NCBI GenBank assembly: GCA_963796055.1
Contig: CAWCKH010000004.1
Coordinates: 2,080,001-2,144,000, forward strand
Source: an uncultured delta proteobacterium
GTDB lineage: Bacteria > Myxococcota > Myxococcia > Myxococcales > Myxococcaceae
Reading direction: 5' to 3'
DNA: 64,000 nt
Of the stretch, positions 19,514 through 28,077 are shown one piece after another. Position 1 is the first letter of the stretch; every line of letters starts with the position of its first letter. Made by a program: the position numbers and the translations under genes. The notes under the pieces were generated by a model. The model saw only the letters and a list, made by a program, of their open reading frames with translations. It made no database searches and was not told where the DNA came from.

Positions 19514-20359
19514 CTACCTCTGCGCCGCCGGCCTGATCTCCGCCGCCCGCGCCTGGGCCATCAGCTTCTGCTTCACCGGCTGGAGCCGCTCTGCTCCGAG
19601 CACGTTCCCGCTGAGGTGCTTCGCGGCGATGTACTGCTGGAGATGGGCGATGCGATCGCTGGTGAGCGGATGGTCCGAGAGGAACTTGGCGATGCTCGGC
19701 ACCTCCCCCTCCATGGCCTTCAGCTTCTCGAAGAACTGGATGATGCCGTGTGGGTCGTACCCCGCCGCCGCCGAGTAGCGGGCGCCGTACTCGTCGGCCT
19801 CGGTTTCGTCCTGCCGGCTGTAGGAGAGCAGCGCCCCCTTCGCCGCGAGCGTCGCGGCCAGCTCCGCGAGCTGGTTCGGGTTCTGGCCCAGCGCGATGCC
19901 CAGCACCGTCTCCAGACCCATCGCATCCACCATCTGGCGCGCCGAGTGCCGGGCCACCACGTGCCCGGACTCGTGCCCCCACACGCCGGCGAGCTGGGCC
20001 TCGTTGTCCGCGGCCATCAGCAGCCCGGTGAACACGTAGAGGTAGCCGCCGGGGGTGGCGAAGGCGTTCACCTGCTTGGGGTCGTCGATGACGTAGACCC
20101 TCCACTTCACGCCCGGGCGGTCCTTGCTGGCGTGGACGAAGATCTTCTCCGCCACCCCTCGCACGTAAGTCACGATTTCCGGGTCCTGGACGTACTTCGT
20201 CCCCTGCTTGTCCAGCTCCTGCTTCACTTGCTGCCCGAGCTGCTCCTCCTGCTCGTCGGAGACGAGCGCCTTGGCCATCCCCTCGGTGGTGTGAACGCCG
20301 CAGCCGCCGAGGGCGACAGCGCTTGTGAGGACCAGGACTTGGAACGGGCGTCGGAACAT
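19514..20359 (-). CDS. M48 family Zn metalloprotease lipoprotein (BepA/YfgC-like catalytic domain)
   Basis: Lipobox LGGC, VNAFATPGG, GHESGH (HExxH), YSRQDETEAD, LSDHP. Confidence 0.9.
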   Translation of the reverse strand: MFRRPFQVLVLTSAVALGGCGVHTTEGMAKALVSDEQEEQLGQQVKQELDKQGTKYVQDPEIVTYVRGVAEKIFVHASKDRPGVKWRVYVIDDPKQVNAFATPGGYLYVFTGLLMAADNEAQLAGVWGHESGHVVARHSARQMVDAMGLETVLGIALGQNPNQLAELAATLAAKGALLSYSRQDETEADEYGARYSAAAGYDPHGIIQFFEKLKAMEGEVPSIAKFLSDHPLTSDRIAHLQQYIAAKHLSGNVLGAERLQPVKQKLMAQARAAEIRPAAQR

Positions 20360-20489
20360 GGAGAGTCTCCTGAACCCGGAATGGATGATTCCTGCCCGCC
20401 CGCCGCGCAACCGCTGGCTTCCTCGCCAACACTCGCTGGACGACACCCCTTCCTTCCGGGCAGGGGAGGGCCCCACCCTGCGGGACGAC

Positions 20490-21329
20490 ATGGCCCGCCC
20501 CTACTGGAAAGGAAGCATCAGCTTTGGACTGGTGAACGTCCCGGTGGCGCTCTACCCGGCGACCCGTCGGCTGGATTTTCAGTTTCACCTGTACCACGAC
20601 GCCGACGGAGGACGGATCCGCGAGAAGCGGGTCTGCGAGCTGGACGGCCAGGCGGTGCCCTGGAGTCACATCGTCAAGGGGTACGCCCTCTCCAAGACGA
20701 AGGTGGTCACCCTCGATCCGGAGGAGCTCCGCGCGGCGGAGCCCGAGCGAGACCGGACCATCGGCATCGAGGAGTTCGTCAAGCTGGAGGAGATCGACCC
20801 GCTGCTGATCGATCAGTCGTACTACGTCGCGCCGGACGGCCGGGCGGGGAAGGCATACCCGCTGCTCGCCGCGGCCCTGGAGAAGACCGGGGAGGTGGCG
20901 ATCGCCCGCATCGTGCTCAGCACCAAGCAGCATCTGTGCATGGTGCGGAGCGTGGAGGGCCGCCTGATCCTCACCACCCTGCTGTGGGCGGACGAGGTGC
21001 GCCAGGCGCCCGAGGTGCCGAAGTCGACGGTCGGGGGCAAGGAGCTGCACATGGCCGAGCAGCTGGTCCGCTCGATGAGCGGCCACTTCCGTCCGGAACG
21101 CTTCAAGGACGAGCACCGGGAGCGGGTGGAGGCGCTGATCAAGAAGAAGGCCAAGGGGCAGACCATCGAGGCGCCCCCGGAGCCTCAGCCCAGCCGGGTG
21201 GTGGACCTCGCGCGTGCGCTCGAGCAAAGCCTCGCCGCCAGCAGGCGCTCGTCCGCACCGGTCGCGCGGGCCAGGCCGACCCGGGCGCGTCGCCGGGCGG
21301 CGCCAGCACGGGCCCGGGCGCGGCGCTGA
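20490..21329 (+). CDS. ku: NHEJ DNA end-binding protein Ku
   Basis: WKGSISFGLVNVPV, IVKGY, IEEFV, YYVAP, VVDL..AL..SL and a basic C-terminal tail. Confidence 0.95.
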   Translation: MARPYWKGSISFGLVNVPVALYPATRRLDFQFHLYHDADGGRIREKRVCELDGQAVPWSHIVKGYALSKTKVVTLDPEELRAAEPERDRTIGIEEFVKLEEIDPLLIDQSYYVAPDGRAGKAYPLLAAALEKTGEVAIARIVLSTKQHLCMVRSVEGRLILTTLLWADEVRQAPEVPKSTVGGKELHMAEQLVRSMSGHFRPERFKDEHRERVEALIKKKAKGQTIEAPPEPQPSRVVDLARALEQSLAASRRSSAPVARARPTRARRRAAPARARARR

Positions 21330-21342
21330 CGGAGGCAGGGGC

Positions 21343-21534
21343 TCAGAGGAAGTCCGAGCACGAGGCGTAGTACCCGCAGCGGCAGAAGAGCTTGCACTTC
21401 CGCTCCTCCAGCGGTGCCCCGCAGTTCAGGCACGTGCGGACGAGGCGCTCGGGACTGCTCGACACCGTCACGGACGCACGCTCCCGGTCGGACGACAGGG
21501 CCGTTGTCTTCTCGCCGGCCAATGAGGAGCTCAT
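21343..21534 (-). CDS. Small Cys-rich zinc-finger protein
   Basis: 63 aa ending CLNCGAPLEERKCKLFCRCGYYASCSDFL; seen only as the tail of a longer ORF in the track. Confidence 0.7.
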   Translation of the reverse strand: MSSSLAGEKTTALSSDRERASVTVSSSPERLVRTCLNCGAPLEERKCKLFCRCGYYASCSDFL

Positions 21535-21766
21535 TCGCGAAGCAGGGTAGCGATGGGGAGTGACAGCCTGCCCGACGCTGCCCCGACGGAAATCGAGGGA
21601 CCGATTCGTGTGCGCCTCGGGCGGAACGACGCTGGTCTCGCTCCCAAGCGCGGCGGGTTGCAACCAATCCGCCACGGTCCCACGGTCCGCTCGGGCGGAC
21701 TCGCGGCTGCGCGCGTCTCGAGCGCGGAGACACCGAGAGATCGAGGACGGACGGTCAGGGACGCCA

Positions 21767-21905
21767 GATTGCACTCCACATCCCGAAACGATCTCCCAGC
21801 GGGGCGGGGGGGGGTGGGGCACTGGCCTCTTGCCCTGCGAAGTCAGCGCGTGGGGACGTGGAGTGCGGTTCGGGGACGTCGGATGCAATTCCACATCCCG
21901 AAACG
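21767..21905. repeat. Cluster of direct and inverted REP-like repeats
   Basis: TCCACATCCCGAAACG at 21775-21790 and 21890-21905; inverted variant TGGGGACGTGGAGTGC at 21851-21866. Confidence 0.65.
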
Positions 21906-21978
21906 GACCCCTCCACGTACGAGAAAGGCGGCCGGCATGTCGCGACCGAGGAATCCTCAGGCGACCTCGGTCACAGCG

Positions 21979-22551
21979 CGCCGGACGGATCCCGGCGAAG
22001 GTGTCGGTGGCCGCCCGGGCCAGGGGCACTGCCGGATTGGCGAAGGCGGTCGAGGCGGTGAACCAGTAGGCGCCGGTCACGTAGGCCGCCACCGCGAAGG
22101 CGCATCCCGGCCGGGAGCGGGCGCTTCCCCAGATGACCGAGAGCAGCCCGAACGTCGCCACCGCCTCGGCGAGCACCTGTGCCGTGCCGGCGCGGGCGTG
22201 CGCCGACGCGGTGAAGGCCGGCAGCTCGAACATGCCGTGGGCAATCACCACCCCGGCGAAGGCACCCAGGACCTGGGCCAACACGTACGCCGGGACCTCG
22301 CGCCAGGCCAGCCCGCCCTGGCTCGCGTCGGCGATCGTCACCGCCGGGTTGAGGTGCGCTCCCGAGACTGGACCGAAGGCCAGGGCCAGTGCCACCAGCG
22401 CCCCGCCGGTCGCCACCGAGTTCGCCAGCAGCGCCAGCGCCACGTTCCCGCCCGAGAGCCGCTCGGCCATGATCCCCGAGCCGACCACCGCCACCAGCAG
22501 CATCGCCGTCCCGCAGGCCTCGGCGACCGCACGGCGCGACAGCGTCCTCAC
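21979..22551 (-). pseudogene. 3'-truncated MIP/aquaporin (arsenite channel, AqpS-like)
   Basis: VVGSGIMAERL, GAHLNPAV, AYWFTASTAFANPA, DTFAGIRP, then similarity ends before the last TM helix with no stop codon. Confidence 0.8.
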
Positions 22552-22919
22552 CGGCGCCCCCGCGCGCCCGCGCGCACCGCCACCGGGCGAGGCGGGGGAT
22601 CGCAGCGGACGGTCTCCACCGGTCCGCAGCGCGCGCCCCGCAGCAGTTCTCGGTGAGGTAGGCCACCAGCGCGTTCATCCGGTCATAGGCCGCGGCGTAG
22701 ATGAGCTGGCGGCTCCGCCGCTCCTGGGTGACCAGCCCGGCGTGCATCAGCTGGTGGAGGTGGAACGACAGCGACGACGACGGGACCTGGATCGCCTCGG
22801 CGATTGCCCCCGGCGGAGAGCCCGTCCGGGCCGCGGCGGACCAGCAGCCGGAACACCTCCAGGCGGGTCTCCTGGGACAGCGAGCCGAGCGAGGCAAGAG
22901 CCTCCGAAGTGTGCTACAT
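22548..22919 (-). pseudogene. arsR: ArsR family repressor, disrupted
   Basis: SQETRLEVFRLLV..GPDG / AIAEA..SSLSFHL..AGLV / YLTENCC; ATG followed immediately by TAG, frameshift in the C5 run at 22807-22811, and a second shift near the 3' end. Confidence 0.8.
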
Positions 22920-23020
22920 TTCTAGAAGAATCAAAATCACCATGCAAGCGAGCCCGGACGACGCGGGAGTCCGCGACTGTGCTGCTCGCTCGTCCCGCCG
23001 CATGGCAGGGTGCTCGGACG

Positions 23021-23668
23021 ATGGAACCGGTCGCTCCCGTCACCCTCCAGGGCCAGCACGTCCGTCTCGAGCCGCTCGGCCCCCACCACCTCGACGGCTT
23101 CCAGACCATCATCGAGGGTCCCCGGGACACCTTCGGCCTCACCCCCGTGCCGCGGAGCCGGGCCGAGCTCGAGGCCTGGCTGGCCACGGCGCTCGAGGAC
23201 CAGCGGCGCACCGTCGCGCTCCCGTTCGCCACGGTGGACGCGCGCACCGGGCGCGTGGTGGGGACCACCCGGTTCGGCAACATCGAGTTCTGGGTGATTC
23301 CTCCGGGCTCCGACGTGGGCCGGCCCCCGGGCGTGCCCCACGCGGTGGAGATCGGCTGGACCTGGCTGGCTCCGCACGCCCAGCGGACCGTGGTGAACAC
23401 CGAGGCCAAGCGCCTGATGCTCGCCCACGCCTTCGACCGGTGGGAGGTATACCGGGTCTCGCTCAAGACCGACGTCCGGAACGTCCGCTCGCGCACCGCC
23501 ATCGAGCGCATCGGCGCGAAGCTCGACGGCGTCCTCCGCGCGCACTCGCCCGCGGCGGACGGGGGGGCCCGTGACGCCGCCTACTACTCGATGCTCGCCC
23601 GCGAGTGGCCAGACGCCCGGGCACGGCTGGACGCCCGGCTCGCCCGCGGCGCGCGCCCTGTTACTTGA
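23021..23668 (+). CDS. RimJ/RimL-type GNAT N-acetyltransferase
   Basis: VRLEPL, VVGTTRF, EIGWTWL, NTEAKRLML, NVRSRTAIERIGAK. Confidence 0.88.
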   Translation: MEPVAPVTLQGQHVRLEPLGPHHLDGFQTIIEGPRDTFGLTPVPRSRAELEAWLATALEDQRRTVALPFATVDARTGRVVGTTRFGNIEFWVIPPGSDVGRPPGVPHAVEIGWTWLAPHAQRTVVNTEAKRLMLAHAFDRWEVYRVSLKTDVRNVRSRTAIERIGAKLDGVLRAHSPAADGGARDAAYYSMLAREWPDARARLDARLARGARPVT

Positions 23669-24263
23669 GGCGACTCTCGGCGGCGTCCCAGTCGATGTTG
23701 GAGAAGTAGGCCTCGACGTACTTCGCCCGCTCGTAGGGCTTGTAGTCGGGGACGAAGGCGTGCTCCCAGGCGTCCATCACCACGATGGGACGGTAGCCGG
23801 CGACGTTGTTGATCTCGTGCAGGCTGATCCAGTGGTTGGAGAGCCAGCCGGTCGTCGGGTCCTGGTAGGTGATGGCCCAGCCGACGCCCGGCATCGTGCC
23901 CACCGCCTTGAGGTCGGCCAGGTAGACGTCCCAGCTGGAGAAGCTCGCCTCCGCGGCCGCCTTCAGCTTGCTGCCGGGGTTCCCCGAGCCACCGGGCTTC
24001 ATCCCACCGAAGTAGTACTCGTGCAGGACCATGCCGTTGTACTCGAAGCCCAGCCGGCGGGTCATCTCCGCGTAGGCCGGGTTCGCCCCCGAGGCCTGGC
24101 CCTCCTTGGCCAGCCCGAACAGAGTCTCGGTCAGCTTGTTGGTCCGGTTGACGTAGCCCTCGTAGAGCTTGAAGTGTGACTCGAGCACGCCGTCGCTGAT
24201 GCCCTTGAGCCCCTTGAGATGAGAGAACGACTTCGGGGTGTACTTCTTCGCCAGATCTGCCAT
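23661..24263 (-). CDS. Fe/Mn superoxide dismutase
   Basis: HFKLYEGYV, LHEYYF, DAWEHAF..DY, NIDW. Confidence 0.92.
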   Translation of the reverse strand: MADLAKKYTPKSFSHLKGLKGISDGVLESHFKLYEGYVNRTNKLTETLFGLAKEGQASGANPAYAEMTRRLGFEYNGMVLHEYYFGGMKPGGSGNPGSKLKAAAEASFSSWDVYLADLKAVGTMPGVGWAITYQDPTTGWLSNHWISLHEINNVAGYRPIVVMDAWEHAFVPDYKPYERAKYVEAYFSNIDWDAAESRLK

Positions 24264-24330
24264 GGGATGACTCCTCCTGTCGTCGAACGTGGGGCTTAAT
24301 GCCGAGTCGGGCCAGTTGGCGAACCGAAAA

Positions 24331-25152
24331 ATGCCGGAACTTCCGGAGGTGGAGATTGCGCGACGGACCCTGGATCGGTGGCTCGGCGGGTCCGAGGTCG
24401 TGGGCGCCGAGGCCGAGCGGACGCGGGTCTTCCGGGGGGGCGGGCGCACCGCGTTCGGCCGGCTCCGGGGGCGCCTGGCCCGGGCCGCCCGCCACGGCAA
24501 GCTGCTCCTGGTCTCCCTGGAATCGGGGCAGGGCTTCCTCTCCCATCTGGGCATGACCGGGAAGTGGGTCCGCCGGCCGGCCGGGGAGCCGGTCCCGTAC
24601 AGCCGCGCGCGCCTGCTGCTGGCCGATGGGAGCACCGTCCACTACCGGGACCCCCGCCTGTTCGGCCGCATCGAGCCGCACCCGGCCGATGCGCTACGGA
24701 CCTTGCCCGCGCTCCAGGCGCTGGGGCCAGACCCGCTGCTCACCCCTCTCGGGGGCCGACAGCTGCGGGACGCTCTGGGCCAGACCCGGGTTCCGATCAA
24801 GGTCGCCCTGATGGACCAGCGGCGGCTCGCCGGCCTCGGCAACATCCACGCCGCCGAGGCGCTCTGGCGAGCCCGGCTCCATCCGGCCCGGCCGACCCGT
24901 TCACTCGCGCTGCCGGAGTGGAACCGCCTGGCCACCGCCATCCGCAAGGGACTGGCCTTCGCCCTGTCGGCCGAGGACGCCGAGGAGATCGCCTACGTCG
25001 AGGAGCCCGGGACGCAGAACCCCTTCAAGGTCTACGCTCGCCAGGGAGAACCCTGCCCGCGCTGCGGCACGCCCATCCGGCTGCTGCGGCAGGCGGGCCG
25101 GAGAACCGACCTCTGTCCCCGGTGTCAGCCGGCGAGGAGAAGCAAGGGATGA
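24331..25152 (+). CDS. mutM: Formamidopyrimidine-DNA glycosylase / AP lyase
   Basis: PELPEVE N-terminus, HLGMTG, DPRLFG, H2TH motif AGLGNIH, CPRC...CPRC zinc finger. Confidence 0.95.
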   Translation: MPELPEVEIARRTLDRWLGGSEVVGAEAERTRVFRGGGRTAFGRLRGRLARAARHGKLLLVSLESGQGFLSHLGMTGKWVRRPAGEPVPYSRARLLLADGSTVHYRDPRLFGRIEPHPADALRTLPALQALGPDPLLTPLGGRQLRDALGQTRVPIKVALMDQRRLAGLGNIHAAEALWRARLHPARPTRSLALPEWNRLATAIRKGLAFALSAEDAEEIAYVEEPGTQNPFKVYARQGEPCPRCGTPIRLLRQAGRRTDLCPRCQPARRSKG

Positions 25153-25598
25153 CCGTTCACGCCAAGGGCCTCGACCACGTGGCGATCGTGGTGCGCGATC
25201 TCGAGGAGAGCATCCGGCTGTGGCGCGATGCGCTCGGTCTGGAGCTGACCCACGTGGAGGAGGTGCCCGAGCAGGCCGTCAGGACCGCCATCTTCGGCCA
25301 CGGCATGGGCCGGGTGGAGCTCATCTCGCCCACCACCCCGGACTCGGGCGTGGCTCGCTTTCTCGCCAGCCGCGGCGAGGGCCTCCACCACGTGTGCATC
25401 GAGGTGGAGGACATCGAGTCGGCCATGGAGTCGCTGCGCAATGCCGGCGCACCACTGATCGACCAGCAGCCGCGCCCCGGCGCCGGCGGCGCTCGGGTGG
25501 CGTTCGTTCACCCCAGGGGGATGCGCGGGGTGCTCACCGAGCTGCGCCAGGGCCCGCCGGAGACGGCGGACCCCGTCAGTGGCCGGCGTCGGCCTTGA
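25149..25598 (+). CDS. mce: Methylmalonyl-CoA epimerase
   Basis: LDHVAIVV, GEGLHHVCIEV, RPGAGG..VAFVHP, GVLTEL; ATGA overlap with mutM. Confidence 0.88.
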   Translation: MTVHAKGLDHVAIVVRDLEESIRLWRDALGLELTHVEEVPEQAVRTAIFGHGMGRVELISPTTPDSGVARFLASRGEGLHHVCIEVEDIESAMESLRNAGAPLIDQQPRPGAGGARVAFVHPRGMRGVLTELRQGPPETADPVSGRRRP

Positions 25599-25875
25599 AG
25601 CAGAACAGGTCCTGCTGGTTGTTCGCCGGATTCTGGCCGGTGAGACAGACCGTGCCGCTGGGGCAGTCCTTGTCCAGCTCGCAGCGGTGGGTGCAGACGC
25701 AGTACGGCGCCCCCACCCGGCACTGGCAGAGATTGGGCGACTCGCAGCTGTTCTCCACCGCGTACACCGAGCACGCCTCGCCGAACTGGCTCAGGCTGTC
25801 ACCGCACGCTCCGATCACCGCCAGCAGCAGCGCGGCGCCGAGCGACAGCAGGGGAATCCGGACGCTCCGATTCAT
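25576..25875 (-). CDS. Small Cys-rich lipoprotein
   Basis: Lipobox IGAC followed by ten further Cys in about 75 aa. Confidence 0.75.
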   Translation of the reverse strand: MNRSVRIPLLSLGAALLLAVIGACGDSLSQFGEACSVYAVENSCESPNLCQCRVGAPYCVCTHRCELDKDCPSGTVCLTGQNPANNQQDLFCFKADAGH

Positions 25876-25999
25876 GTTGTCCGGGATGCTAGCGCAGAGA
25901 GAGGGCCGGGGCGCGAAAGCAGACGCACACCTCATTGACACGGATGCGCGTGGGTGTCTTCATGCCGCGCCCTTCGTCCTACCCCTCCGGAGAATCACA

Positions 26000-27865
26000 G
26001 TGAAGGTCACTGCCCTGGCGGCGCTGTTCGTCTCCGCCACCGCGCTCGCGCAGACGCCACCGCCCGGCGCACCCGCCGCCGAACCGAAGTTCCGGAGCGA
26101 TGCCGACATCCAGCGGGAGATCGACGCACGGGTCGAGGCGGCGAAGAAGGAGCTGCGCGAGGAGATGCGGGCCCAGGCCGCCACCGTGGCCGCCACCTCC
26201 GCCGGCAGCTCGTGGGAGGCGGAGGCCGGGGTGCACCGCAAGCTCGACCTGGTCGAGCTGCACGGCTACTTCCGCGTCCGTCCGGAGCTGCTCCACAAGT
26301 TCGATCTCGATCAGCCGCCGGACTTCTCGGGGTACTGGCTCTTCCCCCGTCCCGACGGGACCGGCAGCCCCGGGCTGGCGAGCGGAGGTGGGCACAGCAT
26401 CGCCGGCACCAACATGCGCTTCCGCCTCGACCCCACCCTCAACATCTCCGAGGAGGTCCGGATCCACGCCCAGGTGGACGCGCTGGACAACCTGGTGTGG
26501 GGGAGTACGCCCGAGTACGCCTACGTCCGGCAAGAGCGGGTGGACATCGGCATCCTCGGCAGCAGCCAGGTGCCACCGGTCGCGGGCGTGAACTCCACCC
26601 AGAGCAACCTGGCGGTGAAGCGCGTCTGGGGCGAGGTCGCCACGCCCATCGGACTCCTCAAGTTCGGTCGGATGGGAGACCAGTACGGCCTGGGCATCGT
26701 TCACAACGACGGGAACTGCCTGGACTGCGATTACGGGGTGACCGTCGACCGGTTCCAGTTCGTCGCCGAGCCGCTTCCCGGCTTCTTCCTGGTGCCCACC
26801 ATCGACTTCGATCTGGAGGGGCTGGTCAGCGGCCATACCAACACCCAGGGACAGCCCTACGACGTCACCAACTCGGACGACTCGCACACCTTCGGGATCA
26901 TCATCGCCAGGAAGGACACCGAGCAGAAGGCGAGGACCAAGCTGGACGCCGGTGGCACCATCTTCAACTACGGCCTGTTCTTCCAGTACCGGAGCCAGAG
27001 CTTCGAGTACAACCAGGACGGGCAGGACACCCCCTTCTCCGAGCAGAACCCGTACACCACCCCCAACGGTTCGCTCAGCCGGACCTACCGCAACGCCTAC
27101 CTCTTCATCCCCGACATCTGGCTCAAGCTGGAGCGCAAGGCGTTCCGCCTCGAGCTGGAGGTGGCCGCGTACCTGGGGAAGGCGCAGGCTTGCCTTCCGA
27201 CCTACCCCAACACCTCCGGTTGCGGCTTCACCTCCGAGCTCACCATCGCTCAGTACGGGGGCGCGCTCCAGACCGAGTGGCGCCTGCTGGACGGGAACCT
27301 CAAGATCGGCCTCGAGGTCGGGGCGGCCAGCGGTGACTCCGCGCCCGGGTTCGGCAACAAGCCCAACCGGAAGAGCAAGCAGCCCATCTCCGGCACCGCG
27401 GGCGCGCAGTGGGGCGACTACGAGGGAGCACAGTACGGGTATCGCCCCTGCAGCTCGGGGCAGACCGCCATCTGCAACCCCCCGGACCGGGACATCCGCA
27501 ACTTCCGGTTCAACCAGGACTACCGGATCGACCTCATCCTCTGGCGGGAGATCATCGGCGGCATCACCGACGCGCTCTACGTCAAGCCCGGCGTCTCCTA
27601 CAGCTTCAACGACTCGCTGAGCGTCTTCGGGTCCTTCATCTACTCGAAGGCGCTGAAGCCCAGCAGCACCCCATCGGGGAGCAGCACCCAGCTCGGGGTC
27701 GAGGTGGATGCCGGGGTGCGCTACCAGACCGACGACGGCTTCTACGCCCAGCTCGCCTACGGCGTGCTCTTCCCGTTCGACGGGCTCCACTTCGGATACT
27801 CCATCCTCGCTCCCTCGGCCTCCGTCGCCCAGGCAATCCGTGCCCAGCTCGGGATTCGCTTCTAG
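26000..27865 (+). CDS. Myxobacterial outer-membrane beta-barrel protein (TIGR04551-like)
   Basis: Signal peptide, coiled coil, LHGYFRVR, NDGNCLDCDYG, DYRIDLILWREI, C-terminal LGIRF. Confidence 0.75.
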   Translation: MKVTALAALFVSATALAQTPPPGAPAAEPKFRSDADIQREIDARVEAAKKELREEMRAQAATVAATSAGSSWEAEAGVHRKLDLVELHGYFRVRPELLHKFDLDQPPDFSGYWLFPRPDGTGSPGLASGGGHSIAGTNMRFRLDPTLNISEEVRIHAQVDALDNLVWGSTPEYAYVRQERVDIGILGSSQVPPVAGVNSTQSNLAVKRVWGEVATPIGLLKFGRMGDQYGLGIVHNDGNCLDCDYGVTVDRFQFVAEPLPGFFLVPTIDFDLEGLVSGHTNTQGQPYDVTNSDDSHTFGIIIARKDTEQKARTKLDAGGTIFNYGLFFQYRSQSFEYNQDGQDTPFSEQNPYTTPNGSLSRTYRNAYLFIPDIWLKLERKAFRLELEVAAYLGKAQACLPTYPNTSGCGFTSELTIAQYGGALQTEWRLLDGNLKIGLEVGAASGDSAPGFGNKPNRKSKQPISGTAGAQWGDYEGAQYGYRPCSSGQTAICNPPDRDIRNFRFNQDYRIDLILWREIIGGITDALYVKPGVSYSFNDSLSVFGSFIYSKALKPSSTPSGSSTQLGVEVDAGVRYQTDDGFYAQLAYGVLFPFDGLHFGYSILAPSASVAQAIRAQLGIRF

Positions 27866-28064
27866 GCGAGCCGCGCTCCTGGTCCTCGTCGCAGTCGCCG
27901 CGGCCTGCGGGGTCCGGCCCAACACCCTCCGGGCGCCCGCCCAGGCCGGAGCGGCGCCTGCGCCCACGCCCGGAGCTTCCACCGCGACGGGGCCGGCCCC
28001 GGGCGAGGCGACCCCCGCGCCGGGCCGCGAGCCCACGGTCACCGGCGCCGACGCCGGGCTCTAG
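27840..28064 (+). CDS. Small lipoprotein, LptM/YifL/LppL-like position and architecture
   Basis: Basic N-terminus, hydrophobic stretch, AAAC lipobox then CGVRPNTLRAP and a Pro/Ala-rich tail; directly upstream of lysA. Confidence 0.6.
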   Translation: MPSSGFASRRAALLVLVAVAAACGVRPNTLRAPAQAGAAPAPTPGASTATGPAPGEATPAPGREPTVTGADAGL

Positions 28065-28077
28065 CGGTCGAGGGCCG

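Noticed and set aside
21801..21819. G-run as a phase-variation tract or G-quadruplex
   Set aside because: It is not in an intact gene or evident promoter, and homopolymer lengths look unreliable in this sequence.
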